Positions 12,750 to 24,876 of a DNA stretch of 64,000 bases are shown piece after piece. Every line of letters starts with the position of its first letter. The stretch's first letter is position 1. A model generated the notes under the pieces. It saw only the letters and a program-made list of their open reading frames with translations, had not been told where the DNA came from and did not search any database. Location: NCBI RefSeq assembly GCF_023055435.1, contig NW_025963813.1, forward strand, positions 27,714,001 through 27,778,000, given 5' to 3'. Made by a program: the position numbers and the translations under genes. The stretch comes from Haliotis rufescens (Eukaryota).

Positions 12750-14259
12750 CGTTACCAAGAAACGTTACCAACGATATTTCTAGGATATAGGATAAAATAT
12801 GACCAAGACAATTTGAAGCAGCAATAACAATTGTATTGTAGAAATCCATCATTCAGAATATTAAAATGCGAATTTACTAATTCAACAACAAAGTCCTTGA
12901 CCTCCAACAGGGACATTTCTTGACAAGGGGTCATTCGTCCAGTATTCGATCAACACCATTGGTTACAACTTTAAGGTGACGACGGCCCAGACCGTTCAAT
13001 ACGGGATATGACCTCCATGAGAGCAATGCATCTTCGAATGCGGCGTCGAACTGGGTAGACAAGCGTCCTCACATCGACTGAGGGTATCCGATTCCATTCC
13101 TCACGGAGGGCAACGATCAACGCCTGTCTCGTGAAGGGAGGATGTTGACGTTTCCGAAGACGACGGCCCAGTTGGTCCAAGAGGATGTTCTGGTGATCGA
13201 GCTGGCCAGGACAGGACAGTCACGTTGTTGGCGTTGAGGAAGTCTCTAGTAATACGGGCTTTATGGGGTGTGGCGTTATCTTGTTGGAACACCGTCCGTT
13301 GTTGACGCTGGATGAAAGGAAGAACCACTGGCCGTAAGATATTGTCAATGTAGCGTTGTGCTGTCAGATTGCCTTCGATGATGACAAGTTCCGTCTTCTC
13401 GTCCCCGCAAATGCCGCCCCAGACCATCACACTTCCGCCCCCGTAAGGTTCCACCTCCTGGACACAACAAGGAGCCGCACGTTCACCACGTCGTCGATAA
13501 ACTCGCGTCCGAAGGTTTGAAGAGTTGGAACCTGCTCTCGTCACTAAACAACACTCGCCGTCATTCCCTTTGTTGCCTTCGCTGAGTTTGCCTGCACCAG
13601 ATCAATCTGGCACGTCGATTTTGACGGAGTCAAGGTCATGCCCTTGAAAGGGCGATAAGCCCGGAGGCCATAATGTCGTAGGCGTCTGGTCACTGTTTGT
13701 CTGCTGACCGGATGTCCTAAGCTGTTGGCAGCTGATGACGTCAAAGTAAGAAATCTGTTCCTCAGATGAAGTACCCGTAAAAAGCGGTCATCCTGCTGGG
13801 TCGTGACCTTTGGTCTGCCACTCCGTGGACTGTCTGCGGTTCTGCCAGTCTGACGGAGACGTGCGACCAGTCTGGTAATGGTCATCTTGGAGCAGTTCAT
13901 GTTAATGGCAACAGCTCTCTGTGTCGCTCCCATCTGCAGCATACCTATGGCTCTCTCCCTCTGGACAGCGGTCAGTCTTGGCATGTTCGTTAGTGTTAAT
14001 CATCGCAACCAATGATAGGGAACAGATCCGTGCGTAATTTATACCCGGAAATTGCATGATAATTTGGGAAAGAATGTTTTAAAAATTGCTGAAAAACACC
14101 AATATATCCCCAAATCCGCAAAGCACGTGCAAAGAACGACAGAAAACATGAAGGCTGTATTCGTGAGATGTGTTCTTTACTGTTTTTGAACAGGTTGGCA
14201 TCTTTGTTTCAAAGTGGCAAATCAGTTAATGTTGGTAACGTTTCTTTTGGCCCTCAGTT
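12750..14259 (-). mobile_element. Tc1/mariner transposon, disrupted; same family as 57168-58663
   Basis: 5' TIR ...gtttcttttggccctcagtt+TA at 14259; 3' TIR truncated at ~12755. MPRLTAVQRERAIGML (ATG 13984), SGRPKVTT, VMVWGGI, FQQDNATPH, WPARSP; frameshifts. Confidence 0.92.
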
Positions 14260-14357
14260 TATATCAGGTTTCAATGAAAATGTGTCGGGTTATTTTCAGT
14301 ACAATGCAAACTTTATAGGGGTTGTGTTTTGTTTGTAATTGTGTGGCTATTTCTATT

Positions 14358-14605
14358 TGGTTGGTTGGTTAGTTGGTTGTTTAAGGCCGCACTCAGCAAT
14401 ATTCCAGCTCTATGAAGGCGGTCTGTAAATAAACGAGTCTTGACCAGACAGTCCAGTGAGAGGTATCATGAGCATCGATCCACGCAATTGGGATTGATGA
14501 CCTGCTTCAACCAAGTCAGCAAGCCAGACCACCCGATCCCGTTAGTCGCCTTTTACGGCAAGCATGGGATGCTGAAGACCTAATCTACCCCGGAGCTTCA
14601 TGGGT
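14358..14605 (-). mobile_element. SINE-like element, family C (GACCCGTGAAG 5' end)
   Basis: Reverse complement of the 33331 copy. Confidence 0.85.
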
Positions 14606-15565
14606 CTATTTCTACTTGCAATGTGTACATTTTCTTTAGTTCGGTTGCTCTCTATGGCTTTTCAACAACCCATGTATGTCGTGAGAGGCTACTAACAGGA
14701 TCAGGTGGTCATTCGCTGTGATTAGAAGTTAGATCATAAGTTACTGTTAAAATCGGTTTTATAACCACAATCAGTCAAGGAGCGAGTGGATGGCAAGGGA
14801 GTGAGTGAGTGAGTGAGCAAGAGCATGAGGGGAGGAATGAGCTTGCCAGCTTGATGTGAAGCGTGATCCTGAAATGACAGAAATCGAAGACGTTAAGCAA
14901 TTCACTCACGGGTAGGATGCTGACAAGCATTGAATATTCTTCAGGGCAAAATAGGCCTTGCCCCGACCATTTTTATGACAATCCGAAGAATTAATATATA
15001 ATAATATTTGGTGATATCTTCATCAGTAAGGAGTAGATACACCCATCTTTCAATAAGTTCGGAGTGAGTGAACAAGCGAGTGATTATTAAATATAATAAA
15101 CTGCCGGGCAAAAGAAAGTACACACCCTTGTTTGATGGTGGTTAACAATAAAACAAACAAAAAATGGTTATTCGATGGTGATGAACCTTAATTTTTCCTG
15201 TGTTTCGGTGACTGTTTTCAGCCTAGTAACGTTTTGATAACGTTTTGTACTTGGTTTGACAAATGCATGTTTCTCGTTTATAAAGTCAATATACAGCGGC
15301 GGGTTGCGCCAGAAAAGAGCTTCACATATTTAATCACTACGCTACCCCACCGCCCCTTTTCATTGTTAAAACACTTATCACCATAACAGAACACAGATGA
15401 AGACTGGGCGATAGCAAATGTCCACTCTCTTAACCAATCTCATTAAAATCAGATTTTAGTTCTCGCTATTGCTAAACAAAGATCTGAGGACATCCCATTA
15501 CGGGTCACATCAGAACGACCTTTCATCCGACCAATCAAAGCGTCGCTTACCAGATCATATACATA

Positions 15566-17047
15566 AACTGAAGATCAAAAGAAAGTTTACATTTTAACAT
15601 TATGAATAGTAAACAAATGCATGCGTTCAAATCTGTGTAACATGCTACAAACAATTGCCCCAAACGCACCCACTCGTTTCCGAAGAACCAAGACCATGCA
15701 GGCGTCGATGCACGTGCTGCGACAAAAAGTACCGTAAAAAGGTTTTACTTTGCTGCATCTGTGCAGGTACATGTATAAAAGTCACAATCACATGAACCAA
15801 AAACATACCGAACAAATGCCACGTTCAAATGCAGAACAGAGAGAGAGGGCCATTGGTATGGTCATGGTGGGGACTCAACAAGGTCGGATTACCAGAACAC
15901 TCGGTTGCTCACGTCAGACCATCAGCAAACTGATCACACGGTACAACAGGACTGGCGACACCACTGACATGCCTTGGAGTGGCAGACCACGTGTAACCAC
16001 TCAATTAGATTGTTTGATCGTTAGTTGTTTAACGCCGCACTCAGCAATATTCCAGCGGCAGTTCACTCCATCAGAAGATAGATATCTGCGAACCTTGCAT
16101 CTACGCAACCGGCGTTGGGTCACCGTGTCAGCAGCCGAACAGTGAGAAGACGACTGCGTGCTGTTGGCATTAGGGCATACAGATCACTCCGTGGGAAGGT
16201 GTTTTGTCCACAACATCGCTAAGACAAACAACGGTGGGCCCGACGTGTACGACGTGTACGACGTTGGCAGCGGCGCGAATGGCAACGTGTCATGTTCACC
16301 GATAAGAGCAGGTTCAACATATTCTATGCAGACGGGAAAAGAATGGCTCCTGGTTGTATGCAAGATGTCCGTGCCCATGGAAGTCGTGGTCTCGTGGTCT
16401 CCGCCAGAAGACACCGCTCGTTGTTATCCATGACAACCTCAATGCACAAGGGTACGTTGACGAAGTCCTGAGACGAGTACCGGTGCCATTTCTGCAGCGA
16501 CAACCAAGGGGGATCCTGCTGCACCAGGACACCGCCCCACCACACATTCCCCCTCCACCACCCCCGGTTCAAGCAGGACTTTCTTCACATTCCCCATACA
16601 TGTCCTGCGTCGAGCACTTGTGGGATCCTCTGGGTAGAGAGCTAAGGAAACGACCCAACCATCCAAACAACTTATAGGACCTTTCAGGATGTCTGGCAAC
16701 ATCAGACGTTTGACGTCTTCCATGAGACTGTGTTTTGAGGCGTGCATCCTTACCAGGGCGCGCAGGTCATCCGCGGTATTGATGACGTCGCCCCAATGCC
16801 ACCTTAGTGTCCGCTGATGTTTCTACCAACTTAGTGGCCACAGCCTATGTCACTAAAACTTACTCTTGGTACCCCCAGTCATATACACTGACAGCCATTG
16901 GTGTTCAGCTGACTGTAATATTATCCATTTGACATTTTGCATGATAGACAACAAGTGAAATGCATACACAGTATCAATTGCATCAACATCATTTGGATCT
17001 TTTACAGTTCATCAAACTCCATGTCAACTTTCTTTTGATCTTCAGTT
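15566..17047 (+). mobile_element. Tc1/mariner transposon, degenerate, with a nested SINE-tail fragment (~16005-16060)
   Basis: TIRs aactgaagatcaaaagaaagtt / aactttcttttgatcttcagtt with TA flanks; MPRSNAEQRERAIGMV, SGRPRVTT, LHQDTAPPH, VEHLWD. Confidence 0.9.
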
Positions 17048-17664
17048 TATTTAGCTAAATATTCGCATTTTTTTGTTGGGCAGGATATGTGACATTTCAT
17101 GTAGGGCAGGACATGGTCACCCTTTTCGCGGACACTTTGGTGTCATCAGCGTCATTTCTTGCTTTGTCGTTTTATATTTGTTGAAACCGAAATACATTTC
17201 ATAGAATATCAACATGGACTGTGTGTTCAAGTTAGTACCTAACATCACTCTATCTGGCCTGTTTGTCTGACAAGAAATGTTTTTGTGCCATGATGTAACG
17301 GAAAGAAGACAGGTGCGTGTTCCCAAACATTTCTACAATTTTGTTTATCAAAATTGAAATTCTTTTAACCATTCTTAAGTTGACCTAAATGTCTCAAAAG
17401 CTGATGTCTTTCTTACAGGCATCGACTGCCATTCAGGCTTAGAGGAATGTGTCACGTTTGGTGTGATGCATCCAACGCTCTGGTTCGGACGAGTCGTCTG
17501 TTAAAGCTGGACCGTGTTGAGGGGCATGAGATGTATTTTATCTTTATTCAAACATGCACATAACGCACATACCAACTGATAAGAATCTGCTGCTATGTTC
17601 ACAGGCCAGAAGATACATAAATCTCTTCTCGTCAGCTGGAAGCCAGTGTGATTTAGACGCCATC

Positions 17665-19182
17665 ATGTTAAGGGTAACCTTTCTGCTGCTGATGGTGACT
17701 GCCGCCCTGGCTCTCATGAATGTGCTGTTTTTGGTGTCAGATGACATGAGGCCTGAACTCTCCATTTTTAAAGGAAAAGACTTCCCGAGTCCTGTCCATC
17801 CTCCGATACATTCACCCAACCTTGACGCCCTGGCTCGAAGGAGTCTTCTGTTAAAGAGAGCCCATGTTCAGCAGGCTGTGTGTTCCCCGAGCAGATCATC
17901 TCTCCTCACAGGACGAAGACCGGATACTACCCATGTGTATGATTTGCAGGTTTACTGGAGAGTTGTGGGAGGGAACTTCACCACCATACCTCAGTACTTT
18001 AAGGAGAACGGCTACAGAACCATTGGTTCCGGTAAGATATTTCACCCCGGACATGCCTCCAATTACAACGACCCCATATCCTGGACAGACCCATATTTTG
18101 AGGCAGGACAGGAAGCCAATGCGTTTACTAATAAAAAACATGCCAGCTGGTTTAGTGTGCCGATGGATCTTCTAAAGAACAACTCCCTTCAAGACACCCA
18201 GAATGCTGACTTTGCCATTAATATGATCAGAGAGGCTGCTCCCCAAGCCAGATCTGGAGAACGTCCTTTCTTCATTGCACAAGGTTTCCATAAGCCCCAT
18301 CTTCCCTTTGTGGCGCCACAGATGTTCTTTGATATGTACCCCGAGTCGTCTATCAGTCTCCCAGCCAACCCATACGCTCCTGATAAGATGCCAGAAATTG
18401 CATGGTCTAATTACATAACAACAGAGCTTGGGAAATTCGAAGACATTGCAAAATTAAATGCTTCAGGAGACATTAACTCCACACTCCCTAACGATGTTAT
18501 CCTCAAATTGAGGAGAGCCTACTACAGCGCCCTCAGCTACACCGACTACGAGCTGGGACGAGTGGTCAAGGAACTGGAGAACCAAGGGCTGGCCAACAAC
18601 ACAATCATCTCCTTCTGGGGCGATCACGGCTGGCAGCTGGGTGAACACGGTGAGTGGTGCAAACACACGGACTTTGAAATCGCCACCCACGCCCCTATGA
18701 TGGTACATGTGCCGGGTCTCACTGACAACGGCATCGTGACGGAAGAAGTGACCGAGTTTGTGGATCTGTTTCTAACTCTAGTCGAAGCTGCAGGTCTTCC
18801 TGTGCTTGACTTGTGTCCAGAAAACTCTACCAATGTCCTTCTTTGCACCGAAGGCAATAGTTTGATACCTCTAATAACAAACCCAGCAAGTCCCAACTGG
18901 AAGAAGGCTGTGTTCTCCCAGTACCCTAGGAATGAAAGCAACGGTGATCAAATGGGCTACAGCATGACCACCGATCACTACAGATACACAGAGTGGGTCA
19001 AATTCAACCCACAACCCCTGTACAGGCCAGACTGGACCCAAGTGTTCGGTGTGGAACTGTATGACCATTATCAGGATCCTGAGGAAAACAAGAACCTGGC
19101 GTATGATTCCGCCTTCAGCGCCTTGGTGGCTCAACTCAGCAAACAGCTACATGCTTGCTGGAGGGCAGCTAGACCCAAGTAG
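17665..19182 (+). CDS. IDS: Iduronate-2-sulfatase-like sulfatase, copy 4 (intact, intronless, ~505 aa)
   Basis: Start at MLRVTFLLLMVTAALA (signal peptide); VCSPSRSSLLTGR and the other sulfatase motifs; no stops. Confidence 0.92.
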   Translation: MLRVTFLLLMVTAALALMNVLFLVSDDMRPELSIFKGKDFPSPVHPPIHSPNLDALARRSLLLKRAHVQQAVCSPSRSSLLTGRRPDTTHVYDLQVYWRVVGGNFTTIPQYFKENGYRTIGSGKIFHPGHASNYNDPISWTDPYFEAGQEANAFTNKKHASWFSVPMDLLKNNSLQDTQNADFAINMIREAAPQARSGERPFFIAQGFHKPHLPFVAPQMFFDMYPESSISLPANPYAPDKMPEIAWSNYITTELGKFEDIAKLNASGDINSTLPNDVILKLRRAYYSALSYTDYELGRVVKELENQGLANNTIISFWGDHGWQLGEHGEWCKHTDFEIATHAPMMVHVPGLTDNGIVTEEVTEFVDLFLTLVEAAGLPVLDLCPENSTNVLLCTEGNSLIPLITNPASPNWKKAVFSQYPRNESNGDQMGYSMTTDHYRYTEWVKFNPQPLYRPDWTQVFGVELYDHYQDPEENKNLAYDSAFSALVAQLSKQLHACWRAARPK

Positions 19183-19889
19183 GAGGGGCAACAAAAAGAT
19201 GGAATATCCACCAATGCTGCAATCCGACTACGTGGTGATTAGTGTAAGAAATCATTTGTTTGTTATCCAGTTTTTTTTATAGATTTCTGTATGCATGTAC
19301 TTTTTTATGAAAATTGTTGCGGGTGTTACAAGAAGGGAAGGACATGCTTTCTCTTTTCGTGAACACCTGGTGTCATCACTGATTTTCAGTGATCCATTCA
19401 TATAATTGTCACCGCTTGTTGGCCTTTTATGCACAATTGAGTCTTTTTCATCAGATAATCTATGCTGTTTTTTCTCTTGCGTTAACGTTTCATGTTAAAC
19501 TATCTTGTTTGGAATGTCGAGTCTCAGGCAAATGAAATTGCTATTTGTTACAGTACCTCGAGATTGCATAGACAGCCTATAGTGGTGTAGCAGCAAGTCA
19601 ATGTGCAAAGTTGCGTCCCTTAGCTTGTCCAGGATTTTCAGCACCTATCTATGAAGCTATCGTTCGTAAGGCGGACCAGAATGTATTATTCGAATCTCCT
19701 GTCAGACACTGTCAGACACTTACATTTGCTCCCTAGTTTCATTCTAATTGAAACGCATTTGGCCTTTGTGTTATTTTGTGCATACCAACCATATTTACCC
19801 GACACGCGCGAGATACGGTAACTAAAAAGTGTTCAAATGAACGATCCCGACTCTACCATGAGCATGTGTTTATGAATCACTTCAAATTG

Positions 19890-20170
19890 AGATGATACCA
19901 GGTGTTCGCGAAAAGGTGAGCGTATCCTGCCACACCGGTGGCACCCGTCACAAACACATGCAAACTCAAGTCAAATATTCACGAGAAGTAAATACACGGG
20001 AACATATGGTCAAAAGGGGAATACTTTTGTCACATATGAGTCAAATTTGGAAATGTGCTCCACATGTATACAATAAAACCATTTGAGTGCTTTACTGAGG
20101 CCTTGAATGTTGAAACCTTGATCAAATAACTTCTGAACAAGAGTCGTATGACGGAAAATTATTTTTAAAC
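19890..20170 (-). mobile_element. Probable 3' fragment of a Penelope-like (Naiad/Chlamys-type) retroelement
   Basis: Minus-strand peptide FRHTTLVQKLFDQGFNIQGLSKALKWFY resembles the RT C-terminal region of this group (from memory, not searched). It is followed by the motif cttttcgcgaacacctggt(a/g)tcatc, which recurs alone at ~11130, 17120, 19350, 23040 and 51535. Confidence 0.5.
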
Positions 20171-21117
20171 GAAACTCTTCAATGATAATATAATAATAAT
20201 GTACATCGTTTGAAATGAAAATGCGTCTAGTCGAGATGAAATGGGGTAAAGCGTCGCATTCAAGATCATTGCACATACACAGCGACGTGCTTGCACTAGT
20301 CCGGACTTTATCCAGTTTTATAGTGCCAATACAGGGAACGAGTGATTGAGTTTTAAACCCCTCTTAGTACACTCGATACAACAATGTACCATGCAAGACG
20401 TGGGAGGTCATTATTTAACGCTGCATCAGCAATGTTGCAGCTATTCACGCCCTTTCGGATTGACAACCACATTGTGACGAATGAGACCTGTTTTACACCC
20501 ATTCACTGCGGGCATTCCAGCTCAGTGTTGGTCGCAAGTATGCAATGCTTGTCGTTTGAGCAGTCTAAATAACTTCTGTCACTGGTGGAATGCAATTTCC
20601 CTACGTTCCACCAACCGGTACCGAGACAACTTCCGGTATGACATTGAACTCTTTACGAAATCCTTAAATGATGTAACACCGATCAAACAACGTCCTATTA
20701 CAATGGAGTAATCCTTAGAAAAATACTCGATCGTACCTCAAAACAAAATTGACATGTACACAATTAATGGGTAACAACTTCTTTAACGATATGAAGACGA
20801 CGTCTCGGAAAAGACCAAACGTTATCAAAACCTTACTGGGCTGAGAACAGTCGCCGAACCACGACCAACGTAAAGTCCCCGTATCAAATACATCACCATC
20901 GAATAACCGTTTCTTGTTTGGTTCATTTTTAGACACCATAAAACATGGGTGAATACTTTTTTTGGCACGGCAGTTTATTCAAAATGGTATTTGGTCATTA
21001 TAGAAAAAGTTAAACACCTCGTCGGGAAGTAAAAATACTTTAAATAAAATTTGGGTTCGTGGTGAAACCAAGGTCTTTAAAGAAACTCTTAATCAATAAA
21101 TATTTCACCCAATACTA

Positions 21118-22635
21118 TCATGTCCGTGGTCTGGCAGCCCTCCATCCAGCATGCAGCTCTTTCCGTAGTTCAGATACAAGTTTCTTTTCAGCAGAATTAT
21201 AAGCCAGGTTATAGTTTTCCTCAGGGTCCTTAATATGATCGTACAGCTCAACACCATAAACCTTGTTCCAGTCCGGCTTATAGAGAGGTTTCATGTCGAA
21301 CTTCACCCACTCGGTGTATCTGTATTTAGCTGTGGTCATGCTATAGCCCATCTGGTGACCGTTATCGGCAGACCTTGGGTACTGTGAGAAGACTGTTTTC
21401 TTCCAGTTAGGACTTGCTGGATCTTTCATCAGAGGAACCAAGCTGTTGCCTTCGGAACAGACTAGAACGTTGGTTGAGTTTTCTGGACACAGGTCAAGAG
21501 CAGTAAGACCTGCAGCTTCGACAAGAGTTGGAAACAGATCCACAAACTCAGTGAGTTCTTCCGTCATGATACCGTTGTCAGTGAGACCCGGCACATGTAC
21601 CATCATAGGGGCGTGGGTGGCGATTTCAAAGTCCGTATGTTTGCACCACTCACCGTGTTCACCCAGCTGCCAGCCGTGATCGCCCCAGAAGGAGATGATT
21701 GTGTTGTTGGCCAGTCCTTGGTTCTCCAGTTCCTTGACCACTCGTCCCAGCTCGTAGTCGGTGTAGCTGAGGGCGCTGTAGTAGGCTCTCCTCAAGCCGA
21801 GGATAACATCGTTAGGGAGTGTGGAGTTAATGTCTCCTGAAGCATTTAATTTTGCAATGTCAACGTAATTTCTAAGTTCTCCATAACTAGACCATGCAAT
21901 ATCTGGCATCTTATCAGGAGCGTATGGGTTGGCTGGGAGACTGATAGACGACTCGGGGTACATGTCAAAGAACATCTGTGGCGCCACAAAGGGAAGATGG
22001 GGCTTATGGAAACCTTGTGCGATGAAGAAAGGACGTTCTCCAGATCTAGCTTGAGGGGCAGCCTCTCTGATCATTTTAATAGCAAAGTCAGCATTCTGGG
22101 TGTCTTGAAGGGAGTTGTTCTTTAGAAGATCCATCGGCACATTCATCCAGCTGACTTTATCTTTATAAACAAACGCGTTGGCTTCCGTTCCGGCCTCAAA
22201 ATATGGGTCTGTCCAGGATATGGGGTCGTTGTTATCGGAGGCATGTCCGGGGTGAAATATCTTACCGGAACCAATGGTTCTGTAGCCGTTCTCCTTAAAG
22301 TACTGAGGGATGGTGGTGAAGTTACCTCCCACAACTCTCCAGTAATCTTGCAAATTATACACATGGGTAGTATCCGGTCTTCGTCCTGTGAGGAGAGATG
22401 ATCTGCTCGGGGAACACACAGCCTGCTGAACATGGGCTCTCTTTAACAGAAGACTCCTTCGAGCCAGGGCGTCAAGGTTGGGTGAATGCATCGGAGGATG
22501 GACAGGACTCGGGAAGTCGGGTCCCTCAAAAATGGAGAGTTCAGGCCTCATGTCATCTGACACCAAAAACAACACATTCATGCGAGCCCGGGCGGATGTC
22601 ACCGCCAGCAGGAGAAAAGTCACCCACAATATCAT
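21118..22635 (-). CDS. IDS: Iduronate-2-sulfatase-like sulfatase, copy 5 (intact, intronless, 505 aa)
   Basis: Signal peptide MILWVTFLLLAVTSARA, VCSPSRSSLLTGR and the other motifs intact. Confidence 0.93.
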   Translation of the reverse strand: MILWVTFLLLAVTSARARMNVLFLVSDDMRPELSIFEGPDFPSPVHPPMHSPNLDALARRSLLLKRAHVQQAVCSPSRSSLLTGRRPDTTHVYNLQDYWRVVGGNFTTIPQYFKENGYRTIGSGKIFHPGHASDNNDPISWTDPYFEAGTEANAFVYKDKVSWMNVPMDLLKNNSLQDTQNADFAIKMIREAAPQARSGERPFFIAQGFHKPHLPFVAPQMFFDMYPESSISLPANPYAPDKMPDIAWSSYGELRNYVDIAKLNASGDINSTLPNDVILGLRRAYYSALSYTDYELGRVVKELENQGLANNTIISFWGDHGWQLGEHGEWCKHTDFEIATHAPMMVHVPGLTDNGIMTEELTEFVDLFPTLVEAAGLTALDLCPENSTNVLVCSEGNSLVPLMKDPASPNWKKTVFSQYPRSADNGHQMGYSMTTAKYRYTEWVKFDMKPLYKPDWNKVYGVELYDHIKDPEENYNLAYNSAEKKLVSELRKELHAGWRAARPRT

Positions 22636-23559
22636 AACGTCTAAAATTACACTGGGTTCCAGTTGTCGAGAAGGTATTTATGTATCATCTGGCCTGTGAA
22701 CATAGCAGATGATTCTTATCATATGGTATATCTGTTCAGTGTACGTTATAATGAATACATGGCATAGCCTTGACCCATGGTGACCAAGTATTTTGCTGAC
22801 AGCAGGAAATTATTATCTAGTTCAACAGGCTTGTCACTCTAATACCACACGTTTAACATGAACTAAGTCATCTTAAAGTTATATAAGATGAAAACATGCT
22901 ATAATATTTTTTGACACCCATGAAATAAAAGTGACAAAAATCAGTCCATAATCATAAAAATATAGTCCATTATACGGATCCAACTATACCATAAGCATGT
23001 GTTTATGAATAACTATCAAAATTAATAGTGATGAAACCAGATGTTTGCGAAAAGGTGAACGTATCCTGCCCCACCGGTGCAAAGGCAAGTAAGAAGGAAT
23101 AGGGATTTGTATCTGACACCAGTTTTGTCACTCATGCGTCAAAATGAGACGAATGGGACTTTTTGGCAAATAAAACTGACCCGTGAACGCAGCAATATCA
23201 TAGAAATAGACAGATACAGAATGGCAGTAAAAAAACATGAATATGAGTCATAAATATGATGTCCAATTTAAGAATGCAGAGCTTGTTAATTACACGCCGC
23301 GTGACACAGATATAAGTAGAACGCCTAACACATACTAAAAATCTGTACACTGAAGAAACAAAACGTGCCTTACTGTTCGATGATAAAGAATGTCGTGAAT
23401 TAGATATAATACATATATAATCCCTTCTTTTTTAACTCTTCAAATCACTCAACACCATATCCTCGGCACCGCTGTATTGTTACTATTTGTGCCTTTCTTA
23501 TTGATTTAGTCGAAGTTAGACATGGATACTGATATCTTCAATAACAGCTGGTATAGTAA

Positions 23560-24103
23560 AGGGGGCGAGGGAGGAGATATCCAGGGGGCGAGGGAGGGAG
23601 AAAATCAGGGGGCGAGGGAAGGGGATCCAGGGGAAGAGGGAGGGAGAAAACCAGGGGGCGAGGGAGAGGGAAAAACAGGGGTCGAGGGAGGAGAGATCCA
23701 GTGGAAGAGGGAGGGGGAAAACCATGGGGCGAGGGAAGGGGATCCACGGAAAGAGGGAGGGGGAAAAACAGGGGGCGAGGGAAGGGGATCCAGGGAAAGA
23801 GGGAGGGAGAGATCCAGTGGAAGAGGGAGGGGGAAAACCAGGAGGCGAGGGAAGGGGATCCAGGGAAAGAGGGAGGGAGAGATCCAGTGGAAGAGGGAGG
23901 GGGAAAAACAGGGGGCGAGGGAGGAGAGATCCAGTGGAAGAGGGAAGGAGATTCAGGGGGCGAGGGAGGGAGAGACGCAGGGTGCGATAGAGGGAGAGAT
24001 CCAGGGGGCGACGGAGGGAGAGATCCAGGGTGCTAGGGAGGGAGAGATCCAGGGAGCGACGGAGGGAGCGATCCAAGGGGCGAGGGAGGGAGAGATCTAG
24101 GGA
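23560..24103 (+). repeat. G-rich purine minisatellite (~20-bp units, gggggcgagggagggagagatcca-like)
   Basis: Tandem degenerate units with many G3+ runs. Confidence 0.93.
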
Positions 24104-24241
24104 TCCAGGTTTGGAAAGAGTTTTCATTTGTAAAGTGAATTCCAAGATATTTATAACCGTTAACATATTCCGTTGGTGATTTAATAAAATATGTTTACTC
24201 TTGTCTCTTTTTGAACCACCAAAAAGTACCATTTTTGATTT

Positions 24242-24360
24242 GGGGACACGGGTGGCCCAGTCGTCTAAGGCGCCGCGATTCGCTCTGCAGTGTTGCATCC
24301 CTTCGGCACGCCAGAAACCTATGATTGTGGGTTCGAATCCCGGTTCGCCCCGATTATGTT
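24242..24360 (+). mobile_element. SINE family B, 5' part
   Basis: ggggacacgggtggcccagtcgtctaaggcgcc...gggttcgaatcccggttcgcccc. Confidence 0.85.
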
Positions 24361-24876
24361 GAACGGTAGCTACAAAGATAGGTGCTGACAGTCAATTTTC
24401 AGAGAATCCCGGACGAGCTAAGGGAGACTCGTCAGAGCTACAGAAGACGTCCGAACCAGAGCGCTGGGGGAAAGCATCACACCAAAAGCGACACATTCCT
24501 CTAAGCCTGAATGGCAGTCGATGCCAGTAAGAAAGACATCGGTTTTCCAGACATTAAGGTCACCTAAAGAATGGCTGAAAGAATTTCAAGTTAAACATAA
24601 AAAGCACTTGTCTTCTTATCGTTACATCACGGCACAAAAAACAATTCTTATCAGACAACAGGCCAGATTGTGTAGTGCTTCGTACTAACTTGTACACACT
24701 GTCCAGTTTGATAGTCTATGAAATGAATTGATGTTTTCAACAAATATAAAACGACAACGCCAGAGAAAACCCAGTTTCGATTCTTTTGTGGTAGAGGTCA
24801 GAAGGATAATCCTTAAATTGTTGACATTATAATATAAATATATCCTAGAAATTCCAAACACCCTAATACTGTCCAT

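Noticed and set aside
1891-22635. Bacterial contamination or recent horizontal transfer of the intronless sulfatases
   Set aside because: Embedded among animal SINEs and Tc1 elements, with a polyA signal after copy 1 and a C-terminal region (MGYS..T..YRYTEWV.F...ELYDH..DP.EN.N) that looks like metazoan IDS; ancient transfer would need a phylogeny to exclude fully
23516-24298. Collagen-like or Gly/Glu-rich and Pro/Leu-rich ORFs
   Set aside because: Open in several frames on both strands because the G-rich minisatellite lacks stop codons
24380-24450. Intact hammerhead ribozyme (minus-strand CTGACGA...GAAA; also CTGATGA...GAAA at 38281-38320)
   Set aside because: Core words are present but I could not form convincing stems I, II and III
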